Assembly (NCBI GenBank): GCA_964559475.1
Contig: CAZLHX010000003.1
Span: forward strand, 1-53,610
DNA length: 53,610 nt
Direction: 5' to 3'
Source: an uncultured Candidatus Bathyarchaeia archaeon
GTDB taxonomy: Archaea > Thermoproteota > Bathyarchaeia > TCS64
Below the pieces are notes generated by a model. The model was not told the origin of the DNA and made no database searches. It saw only the letters and a program-made list of their open reading frames with translations. Of the stretch, positions 28,829 to 36,962 are shown one piece after another. Every line of letters begins with the position of its first letter. Within the stretch, counting starts at the first letter, position 1. Position numbers and translations under genes: made by a program.

Positions 28829-29430
28829 GTCTCAAGTATACGGTAGCAGGGGTTCAAGACGGTAGTTTTGAGGATTTTCACCGCGGAACATCGAGCACTA
28901 GGCAGTACACGACTTTATGTTGTGCTACCCTTAAAGGGGAGATAATAGTAGGTGTAAATGTTGATCATATTTTAGTTGATGGGTTAGACTCTACAAAGGT
29001 ATTGTTAAACAATTTAGGAAAAACTGAAATAGATGCATTAATTTTGGGAGGGGTCACATTTGGAGGATTCAATGTAGTTGATGTTGAATATGTTTACAAG
29101 AGAGGGAGAATTCCAGTAATAGTTTACAGTGGATATTATCCAGACATGGAAGCCACGAAAAACGCGCTTCGTAAACATTTCTCTGACTGGAAAATTAGAT
29201 GGGAAAGATATGAAAAACTTGGAGAGATTTTTAAATTTGATTCTGGGTTTTTCCCTCCAATATTTTTTGAGTATTTTGGATGTTCAAAAAAACTTGCTGA
29301 AAAAATTTTAATGGAACAGTCAATCACATGCAGGATCCCTGAAGCAGTGAGGGTTGCTGACATAGTTGCCAAAGGAGTTAGTTCAATCTTTCAAAATCAA
29401 GGGGAATATTCTGATGAGTCATTAGGTTAA
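28825..29430 (+). CDS. DUF99 / UPF0215 family protein (EndoV-like fold)
   Basis: Family blocks GVQDGSF, GVTFGGFNVVDV, ALRKHF and IPEAVRVADIVA. The TTG start overlaps the upstream TGA (TTGA). Confidence 0.75.
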   Translation: MSLKYTVAGVQDGSFEDFHRGTSSTRQYTTLCCATLKGEIIVGVNVDHILVDGLDSTKVLLNNLGKTEIDALILGGVTFGGFNVVDVEYVYKRGRIPVIVYSGYYPDMEATKNALRKHFSDWKIRWERYEKLGEIFKFDSGFFPPIFFEYFGCSKKLAEKILMEQSITCRIPEAVRVADIVAKGVSSIFQNQGEYSDESLG

Positions 29431-30853
29431 ATACAGAGACTAATCCAGGGGTAGGTTTTAGTTTCATTCTCTTCTGGAACGGAGTCTGATCTTGAAAACT
29501 ACCACTGCTGATCAATGTGATACCTTTGTATTTTTTAGACTCATATATATGAACATGGCCCATTGCCATTACATCGGGTATAGATCTGATTACCAGCCTG
29601 TCAATTCTTTCAGGAGCTATGGGAGTTGTTTGCCCATAAATAGGAGCCAACAATCTACACCTTAACATGAGTTCAACACCGGTGATAGGGTGATGAAAAT
29701 CATGTCCAGGAGTTGAACTTAGAATGTCATCCAGACCTTTTCCATGAGCTAACATAATCTCAACACCATGAAGCTTGAAGGTACATGGATTTGGTAGCAA
29801 ATGGATCCTAGGGTCTTTGTATAATTCTGGTGCATATTTTTCTGGTATGGGGGGCTGCGGTAAACTTCTTCGAACTGCGTCGTGATTACCCGGAATGATA
29901 ATTATTTCAACATATTCCGGTAGGTTTGATAATAGTCTCGCTGCTTCTCTATACTGCTCTCTTTGTGTTGAGATTAAGAGTTCATTGATCTGATTGGGGT
30001 ATATTCCAATCCCATCCACAAGATCACCGGTAATAATAATGTACTTTACTTTGGAGGCAAGATTTCTTGAAGGTTGAGGGCCTAGCTCTAGATTCATCCA
30101 TTTTACGAATTTCTCGAATAGATCATCTCTAAACCATCTACTTCCTACATGAATATCACCTACAAAGATGGCGCAGACATCCTCATCAGATCTGTTTGAG
30201 TTACGCATTGGTACGTCAGGCCAAATTAATTCATTTGCGATGAAGAGATCCTCTCTGTATTTGAATCCCTTAAAACATAGAACTTGATCTTCTAAAATTT
30301 CAAGTCCTTGTTCAATTAATTCTTTACCGGAAACCAGTACTGTAATTTGACTATTCTGGTCTTCAAGATCGATGAATAGACGATCTCCTCGTGCGTTCTT
30401 GTTTGATACTATTCCTATAGTCTTCATGTTTGATTTTATAGGAAGTTTCAAGGCTTGGGAGAGAGGTATTGAGTCTCTGACATCCACTCTTTGTTTTAAG
30501 ATGTTTTCAATTTGAGTAAAACGGCTGTTAAAATAGTCAATATAACCATCTACATCTCCGGAAGGTTTTGATTCTTCATCTGGCAGCACATCAATATCAG
30601 CTGTGATCTTTTTTGCGTAAGGAAATTTTTCAGATTGAATAGTAGTCTCTTTTGTGCCTGATGAAGCTTTTTCAAGCATTGTGGTATCAATTAAGTATAA
30701 TTCTGGGTTTTCATTAACGGTTAGGAGAACTTTTTCTATTATTTTATCGGCTTCTGTTATGGGCATCTCTTGTAGTATTATGAAAGCCTCTGGGCTTATC
30801 TGGTAGCCTTTATCCAGTAATTGGCTTAGTAGGGTGTGGAGTTCTGACTGCAT
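29378..30853 (-). CDS. polB: DNA polymerase II (PolD) small subunit DP1
   Basis: N-terminal helical domain, OB-like middle region and C-terminal calcineurin-like phosphoesterase motifs (GDIHVGS, GDLVDG, GNHD, GHVH). Confidence 0.9.
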   Translation of the reverse strand: MQSELHTLLSQLLDKGYQISPEAFIILQEMPITEADKIIEKVLLTVNENPELYLIDTTMLEKASSGTKETTIQSEKFPYAKKITADIDVLPDEESKPSGDVDGYIDYFNSRFTQIENILKQRVDVRDSIPLSQALKLPIKSNMKTIGIVSNKNARGDRLFIDLEDQNSQITVLVSGKELIEQGLEILEDQVLCFKGFKYREDLFIANELIWPDVPMRNSNRSDEDVCAIFVGDIHVGSRWFRDDLFEKFVKWMNLELGPQPSRNLASKVKYIIITGDLVDGIGIYPNQINELLISTQREQYREAARLLSNLPEYVEIIIIPGNHDAVRRSLPQPPIPEKYAPELYKDPRIHLLPNPCTFKLHGVEIMLAHGKGLDDILSSTPGHDFHHPITGVELMLRCRLLAPIYGQTTPIAPERIDRLVIRSIPDVMAMGHVHIYESKKYKGITLISSGSFQDQTPFQKRMKLKPTPGLVSVFNLMTHQNIPLDFERLN

Positions 30854-30862
30854 TAAGGGCCT

Positions 30863-31222
30863 TTACTTTGCTTTTAATATATAATCTACTCTGGGTGGTG
30901 CGAATGTTTCTATAATTACTGCTGGTTCGTCTCCAGTAGTCTCAAATTTATGTTCTTCGTTTGGAGGAATAAACCATGCAGCCCCTGGCTCAGCTGAAAC
31001 CCTCTTGTCTCCGCTGGTAAGTTCACCTTTTCCAGAGATTAATGTCCCCATCTGTTCTTGAGGATGTCCATGCCAATCAACAACTGCTCCCGGTTGTATG
31101 ACTATATGGCACATGCTTGCATACATTCCATTACCAATGATACTAATCTTAACTCCAGGCACAGGCTCAAATCGAGGAGCCTCTTCCCATGTCGTGTCTT
31201 GCATATCTCCATTAATGAACAC
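30863..31222 (-). CDS. Cupin domain protein
   Basis: Cupin motifs WHGHPQEQ...G and PPNEEHKF. 119 aa. Confidence 0.75.
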   Translation of the reverse strand: MFINGDMQDTTWEEAPRFEPVPGVKISIIGNGMYASMCHIVIQPGAVVDWHGHPQEQMGTLISGKGELTSGDKRVSAEPGAAWFIPPNEEHKFETTGDEPAVIIETFAPPRVDYILKAK

Positions 31223-31240
31223 AAAAATATAAGAATTAAA

Positions 31241-31924
31241 CTAGCTTCTCAGTGTTTTTTGTTCCTTAGTATCCAATAAAATATCCTTGATCTCAGGGCG
31301 TATATAATATCTATATGGCATGCTAGAGGTGTTTCTATCAATGAATCCTTGGTCATACAACTTTTTTAATAGACGTGCAGTGTGCTCTCTAGTCTTATCT
31401 ATGTTTTCCCGTATCTCTGGAACAGTTCCTTCTCTCATATCAACTATTAATCTGAGAACTTCAATTTCAGTATCTGTTAGCTCTTTAAAAATATCTTCCT
31501 CTTGAACAGGAATAGGTGCATCTACCTCAATATTTTTAGGTATAATTACTGGCCTTGGCGCCTCGGAGATCTTTTTTACTTCTCGTCTTAAACCATCTAG
31601 ACTTGATTCAATTTGATCTATTCTACCTTCGACGTCTTGAATCTTTTTTAGACTTTCACGGGTATTCTTAGAACTTTCTTGGGTGGATTTTATGGCTTCA
31701 CTTGAAATATATCTGGCTTGATTTGTGTCCCTTTCAAGCTTATCTATATCATTTTCAAGCCTCTGAACCTGACGAGTGAAACTAAAAGTTATGTTCCTCA
31801 CGGATTCTTTGCTGTCTTCATATTCACTCTGTGCCATCTTAATTCTCTGATAAAAAATCCAAGATGCAATTAATGTTACAAGGAATAAAGCCATTGTCGT
31901 GAAGACTAGAGCCATGCTGTTCAT
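31241..31924 (-). CDS. Membrane-anchored coiled-coil protein with C-terminal winged-helix (MarR/TrmB-like) domain
   Basis: One N-terminal TM helix (ALVFTTMALFLVTLIASWIF), about 100 aa of heptad-like charged sequence, then LTDTEIEVLRLIVDMREGTVPEIRENIDKTREHTARLLKKLYDQGFI. Confidence 0.5.
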   Translation of the reverse strand: MNSMALVFTTMALFLVTLIASWIFYQRIKMAQSEYEDSKESVRNITFSFTRQVQRLENDIDKLERDTNQARYISSEAIKSTQESSKNTRESLKKIQDVEGRIDQIESSLDGLRREVKKISEAPRPVIIPKNIEVDAPIPVQEEDIFKELTDTEIEVLRLIVDMREGTVPEIRENIDKTREHTARLLKKLYDQGFIDRNTSSMPYRYYIRPEIKDILLDTKEQKTLRS

Positions 31925-32065
31925 ATTTTTGTAGTATTCTCTCCTAATTACAGTTTCGAAAAAATAAACAATCAGATGATATTAAATTTGTTAAAAAAAT
32001 ATCAAATTATTTAAAAGAACCTATTTTGCACTACTTAGGTTTAAAAGAAACAGTTCATATGAAGC

Positions 32066-34399
32066 TTGAACTCATTGTCATCGAACAAAAAAATTGAAGC
32101 TGTAATCAATATTGATGGAAGAGTTCAAGGAGTTGGATTTAGGCCTTTTATTTATAGAAAGGCAGTAAAAAATGGGCTCACAGGATATGTTATTAATCTG
32201 GGAGATGCTGGTGTAGAAGTTGTAATTGAGGGTGATGAAAGAGCTATTGAAAAGTTTATTCAAGAAGTGGAAGAAGATACACCCGATGTCTCTGAAATTG
32301 AAAAAATTACTTTTAAAAAGAAAGCTTACAAGGACAGATTCCATGAGTTCAAAATTGACAAGAGTCAGAGTCGTGGAAAAGTAGCAAGTGGAATATTTCC
32401 TCCAGACATAGGTATCTGTGATAAATGTCTCAACGATATGTTCGATTCCGAAAGTAGATGGTATCATTACCCATTTACTGCATGTGCATCATGTGGTCCA
32501 AGATTCTCAGGCATTAAAGCACTTCCCTATGACAGAGAGCGTACTCACATGCACGAATTTCCCATGTGTAATTACTGTCAAGAAGATTACTACGATCCAT
32601 TAGATAGGAGATTTGATGCTCAAGGAACAACATGTAGCGTATGTGGCCCAAAGATGTTCCTCTATGATCGCAATGGTTCTATGATTGAAGTGAAAGATGT
32701 TTTTGCTGAGACTGCAAAAATTTTGTCTGAAGAAAATGTTATAGCTATCAAAGGTATTGGAGGTATCCATTTATCTTCTCTTGCAACGGTAGATGAAATA
32801 ATTGAGAAAATTAGAGCAAGAAAGAATCGCCCTTATCAACCCTTTGCTATAATGTCGCCTAATCTAGAAGCGGTAAGAAGATATGCTTATGTTAACAGGG
32901 TTGAAAAAAAAGTTTTAACATCTTGGAGAAAACCAATCGTTCTTCTTAAGAAAAAAAATAAAATTATATCTGAACTTGTCGCTCCAAGATTGCATCGAGT
33001 AGGAGTAATGCTACCATATACTGGAATTCAAGTGATGCTATTTGAAAAAATAAACGAGCCAGCCTTAATCATGACCAGTGGAAACAAACCTGGTCTTCCA
33101 ATGTCCATTAATAATAAAGAATCATTCAAAGAACTTGAGGGCCTGGCTGATTATTTCCTATTACATAATAGAAAGATAGTAAACAGAATTGATGACTCTG
33201 TTTTACGAATTATTAATGGAAGAAAAGCATTTACTCGTAGGTCTAGGGGATATGTACCAGTTCCAATAGAAATCCCAATATCAAAAGGAATAGCTTTGGC
33301 TGTTGGTGCAGAGTTAAGGAACTCAGCAGTGATTACAAATAATGGTAAAGCCTTTACTACCCAATATCTTGGCGATATTAATAACTTGGAAGGATTAGAA
33401 TTTGAAAAAAATGCAATAAAAAATCTTCGTGATCTTCTAAATATCACATGTAACTTCGATGTAATAGCTTGTGACCTTCATCCACAATATATGACATCAC
33501 AATATGCCGAAGTGATATCACAAGAAAACGATATTCCACTAGTGAAATCACAGCATCATCATGCACATATAATATCAGTAGCTGCTGAAAATTTAGTTCC
33601 AAAGGATGAAGAAATCCTTGGAATAGCTTTAGATGGTGCAGGGTATGGTTCTGATGGTACTATTTGGGGTGGAGAAATACTCAAATCAAGCTATTCTAGC
33701 TTTGAAAGATTGGGAAATTTGGAAGTTTTACCTATGCCAGGTGGTGATCTTTGTGCTATTTACCCTTATAGAATGCTTATTGCAGCAATTTCGAATGAAA
33801 TAAAAGATGAGGTTATTCGTGATATCACAAAAAATCACATTGAAAAAGGTCTTCCACATGGCATAAACGAACTTGATATTATATTGAAACAGGCTAGAAG
33901 AAGTAATGTCATGAAAACTTCAAGTGCAGGGAGATTCTTAGATTCAATTGCAGCACTAATCGGTCTTACTTATAGGAGAACTTATGAAGGGGAACCAGCG
34001 ATGAAGCTAGAAGCCCTAGCAACAAGAGGAGATCCTAATTCAATACAAATTGATCCAATAATATCGAAAGATAATGGAAAATACACCTTAAAAACTTCTG
34101 AAATCTTGTATAAAATACTAGAAAATAGAAATAAATATAAAAATGAGGATATTGCAGCTTTTGGACAAAAATATTTAGCCAAAGGTATAAGCGAAATAGC
34201 GGTAAAAATATATGAAGAAACAGGCGTGGAGAAAATTGGGTTATCAGGAGGAGTTCTAGTCAATGGATATATTAATAGATATATCTCTAAAATAATGAAA
34301 AAAGAAGGTCTATCTGTACTTTATCAACAAAAAGTACCTCCTGGAGATGGTGGTACTGCCCTTGGTCAAGCAATAAAAGCCTTGTATTGTGTGATTTAA
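32066..34399 (+). CDS. hypF: [NiFe]-hydrogenase maturation carbamoyltransferase HypF
   Basis: Acylphosphatase motif VQGVGFRPF, two CxxC-x18-CxxC zinc-finger pairs, and YrdC-like and Kae1-like domains, full length. Start is TTG 32066, or ATG 32059 if the A7 run (32087-32093) is really A6. Confidence 0.9.
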   Translation: MNSLSSNKKIEAVINIDGRVQGVGFRPFIYRKAVKNGLTGYVINLGDAGVEVVIEGDERAIEKFIQEVEEDTPDVSEIEKITFKKKAYKDRFHEFKIDKSQSRGKVASGIFPPDIGICDKCLNDMFDSESRWYHYPFTACASCGPRFSGIKALPYDRERTHMHEFPMCNYCQEDYYDPLDRRFDAQGTTCSVCGPKMFLYDRNGSMIEVKDVFAETAKILSEENVIAIKGIGGIHLSSLATVDEIIEKIRARKNRPYQPFAIMSPNLEAVRRYAYVNRVEKKVLTSWRKPIVLLKKKNKIISELVAPRLHRVGVMLPYTGIQVMLFEKINEPALIMTSGNKPGLPMSINNKESFKELEGLADYFLLHNRKIVNRIDDSVLRIINGRKAFTRRSRGYVPVPIEIPISKGIALAVGAELRNSAVITNNGKAFTTQYLGDINNLEGLEFEKNAIKNLRDLLNITCNFDVIACDLHPQYMTSQYAEVISQENDIPLVKSQHHHAHIISVAAENLVPKDEEILGIALDGAGYGSDGTIWGGEILKSSYSSFERLGNLEVLPMPGGDLCAIYPYRMLIAAISNEIKDEVIRDITKNHIEKGLPHGINELDIILKQARRSNVMKTSSAGRFLDSIAALIGLTYRRTYEGEPAMKLEALATRGDPNSIQIDPIISKDNGKYTLKTSEILYKILENRNKYKNEDIAAFGQKYLAKGISEIAVKIYEETGVEKIGLSGGVLVNGYINRYISKIMKKEGLSVLYQQKVPPGDGGTALGQAIKALYCVI

Positions 34400-34406
34400 T
34401 GTGATA

Positions 34407-34865
34407 TCACATTATTTGGATGTTTGTAGGCCTAATCAGGTCAGAAATTCCTTCCAATAGTTCTGCTTCTATTCGTTTTATTACTGAATTTTTTTCTTGA
34501 TTTTCAGTTGACTGAATTATTTCAACATATTCTTTCAATCTTTCTGCTAGAAATACATAATCATCAAAAGGTCTTTCATCAAAAACTCCTATATAGCTTA
34601 ATAGAACTATTGTTAATATTGATTCAATAATATTTTTTCTAGCTTGCTGTAAAGAGCGGCTGAATGAGCCCCTACTAATATTTTCTCTTCTAAAAAGGAG
34701 TTTTTGGTCAAATGTTACGTTTTCATCACTCATTAAGTCTATTAACATATCAATAACAAGTGTTTCAAACTGTATTCTTGTTAAATTACTATTTTTTAAT
34801 AACATGTTAGTTATAGGGTCTTTTATCGTTTTATCTAAGATATTTTGATAATTTTCTAAAGTCAA
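34407..34865 (-). CDS. Hypothetical protein, possible HTH
   Basis: Very AT-rich ORF (18/60 G+C counted in 34441-34500). The segment ISRGSFSRSLQQARKNIIESI resembles a sigma-r4/Tfx-like HTH. This is weak evidence. Confidence 0.35.
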   Translation of the reverse strand: MTLENYQNILDKTIKDPITNMLLKNSNLTRIQFETLVIDMLIDLMSDENVTFDQKLLFRRENISRGSFSRSLQQARKNIIESILTIVLLSYIGVFDERPFDDYVFLAERLKEYVEIIQSTENQEKNSVIKRIEAELLEGISDLIRPTNIQIM

Positions 34866-35087
34866 TTTTCTTCTATATCACAGGGACATCACATATTATT
34901 TAAGATGAATTGTTGATAAATTTGTATACGAAGCACATAAGAGACATTGGAACTTTGAATTAGATAAAAACAACACAATATTGCACATATTTGTAAATAT
35001 TCTACAAAATGTATCAATATATTTATTAATATATGTATTCAATTAACGGAAATTTTAATTCCCCTACTCACTATTTTCATTTAAAAT

Positions 35088-35882
35088 ATGATCTCAAGTA
35101 TTGATTTAAAGATAAATTGTTCAGAAACTGAGAATAAAATTACAAATTTTATCAAGGATTATATTAAAAACTCGGGTTTGGAGGGGGCAGTCGTAGCTGT
35201 TAGTGGTGGTATCGATTCTGCTGTCACTCTTCAATGTGCAGTTGAAGCAATAGGCAAGGAAAAAACTATTGCCATTCATATGCCTGAACGTGATATCACA
35301 CCCGATAATGATACATTAGATGTGATGCAACATTGTAAAGAACTCGGTGTCACATGTAACATTGTAGATATCACCGAGATGTTACATGTGATGCAGGAAA
35401 GCTTACCTTTTTTTAATCCAGAGAAAAGAATAGTTTATGGTAATATCAAGAGCAGGTTAAGGATGATTGTAAGTTACTATTTTGCTAATACTTTTAATAG
35501 AATTGTTCTTGGAACTTCTAATAAAACTGAATTGTTAACTGGGTTTTTTACAAAGTATGGAGACGGGGGAGTAGACTTGCTTCCATTAGCAGACCTCTAT
35601 AAAACACAAATAAGGCAATTAGCTGGATACCTCAAAATACCAGAAAATATAATCAATAAACCTCCATCTCCGGGTTTTTTCCCAGGTCACACAGATGAGG
35701 ATGAGTTGGGTATTGATTATTTTACACTTGATCAAATATTATATTCATTACAGAGGGGAAATAGTAAGGAAGAAATCTCTGAAAAACTAAATCTACCTAT
35801 AATACAGATAGAAGATGTAGTTAAACGCGTAAAATCAAACAAACATAAGAGAGAATTTCCACTAATCTTAAGGCTTAGTTAA
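35088..35882 (+). CDS. nadE: NH3-dependent NAD+ synthetase
   Basis: PP-loop SGGIDSAV, with no glutaminase domain. 264 aa. Confidence 0.9.
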   Translation: MISSIDLKINCSETENKITNFIKDYIKNSGLEGAVVAVSGGIDSAVTLQCAVEAIGKEKTIAIHMPERDITPDNDTLDVMQHCKELGVTCNIVDITEMLHVMQESLPFFNPEKRIVYGNIKSRLRMIVSYYFANTFNRIVLGTSNKTELLTGFFTKYGDGGVDLLPLADLYKTQIRQLAGYLKIPENIINKPPSPGFFPGHTDEDELGIDYFTLDQILYSLQRGNSKEEISEKLNLPIIQIEDVVKRVKSNKHKREFPLILRLS

Positions 35883-35905
35883 ACAGAGGATAGAGAAAAG
35901 AGGGA

Positions 35906-36160
35906 ATGGGTTTGGGCCGAAAAAGAAAGAAAGTTGTTAGGTACTCCAGAAATAGATTGCCACATCAATATTTATGCCCAAACTGTGGGAAAAATAGCAT
36001 TATGGTAATTGTTCGAGAAGACCAAGAAGTGGCTCGAATATTCTGCAGTAATTGTTCCCTAAAAAGAGAGATACCAGTTATAGGAGAAACAGCCCCCATT
36101 GATGCTTACTGTCAATTCATAGATAGGTTTTATGGTGTTGAGGAGACCCAAGAACAATGA
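35906..36160 (+). CDS. elf1: Transcription elongation factor Elf1 homologue (zinc ribbon)
   Basis: Basic N-terminus MGLGRKRKK, C4 ribbon CPNC...CSNC, and C-terminal APIDAYCQFID matching the Elf1 EPIDVYSxWID block. Confidence 0.75.
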   Translation: MGLGRKRKKVVRYSRNRLPHQYLCPNCGKNSIMVIVREDQEVARIFCSNCSLKREIPVIGETAPIDAYCQFIDRFYGVEETQEQ

Positions 36161-36900
36161 AAAAAGTGGAAAGATACCTTCTTGATAAGATAGAAAAAGA
36201 GGGGTGTATCCACCTAACGCTTGTTGATCCAGATAAATCCTCTAGTCTTGATTGCTCAACGGTTGCTAGAATGGCTGAAAAAGGTGGAACATCAGCTATT
36301 ATGGTTGGTGGATCCACTTTAAATGCTAAAGAAGATCTTGACGATGCAGTTTTAAGCATTAAAAAGGAAGTGAATGTTCCTGTTATCTTGTTTCCTAACG
36401 GGCCAATTGGAATCAGTAAACATGCAGATGCTATCTGGTTTATGAGTCTCTTGAATTCTAGTAATACGTATTGGATTGTTGGTGCTCAAGCAATATCGGC
36501 TCCACTTGTTAAAAGATACAACCTTGAAGCTTTACCCATGGGATACATTATCGCTGGAGAAGGTTGTGTGGCAGGCTATGTTGGTCAAGCGAGGTTAATA
36601 GATTATAAACACCCTGAACTAGCAGTAGGCTACAGTATGGCTGCAGAAAATCTCGGTATGAGGTTCGTTTACCTTGAGGCTGGGTCAGGTGCTGAAACCC
36701 CAATACCTTCCTTAATGATCTCAGCAGTAAAAAACCAGATAGAAATCCCGCTTATTGTAGGTGGAGGCATAAGAGACCCTGATTCAGCTCTCAAAGCAAA
36801 GAAAGCTGGAGCAGATATCATCGTAACAGGTACACTCGTAGAAGAGGAAACAGGGATAAAAGAAAAGATAAGTGAGATCGTCTCAATTATTAAAACATAA
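36157..36900 (+). CDS. Geranylgeranylglyceryl phosphate synthase (PcrB/GGGPS family)
   Basis: TIM-barrel family blocks: DPDK, GGS, YLEAGSG, VGGGIR. The ATG overlaps the Elf1 stop (ATGA). Confidence 0.85.
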   Translation: MKKVERYLLDKIEKEGCIHLTLVDPDKSSSLDCSTVARMAEKGGTSAIMVGGSTLNAKEDLDDAVLSIKKEVNVPVILFPNGPIGISKHADAIWFMSLLNSSNTYWIVGAQAISAPLVKRYNLEALPMGYIIAGEGCVAGYVGQARLIDYKHPELAVGYSMAAENLGMRFVYLEAGSGAETPIPSLMISAVKNQIEIPLIVGGGIRDPDSALKAKKAGADIIVTGTLVEEETGIKEKISEIVSIIKT

Positions 36901-36962
36901 CGTGATCACCAAAGTCTTATGAAAATAGACGAGGTTTAGATTATAGCTTGATAGATGTTAAG

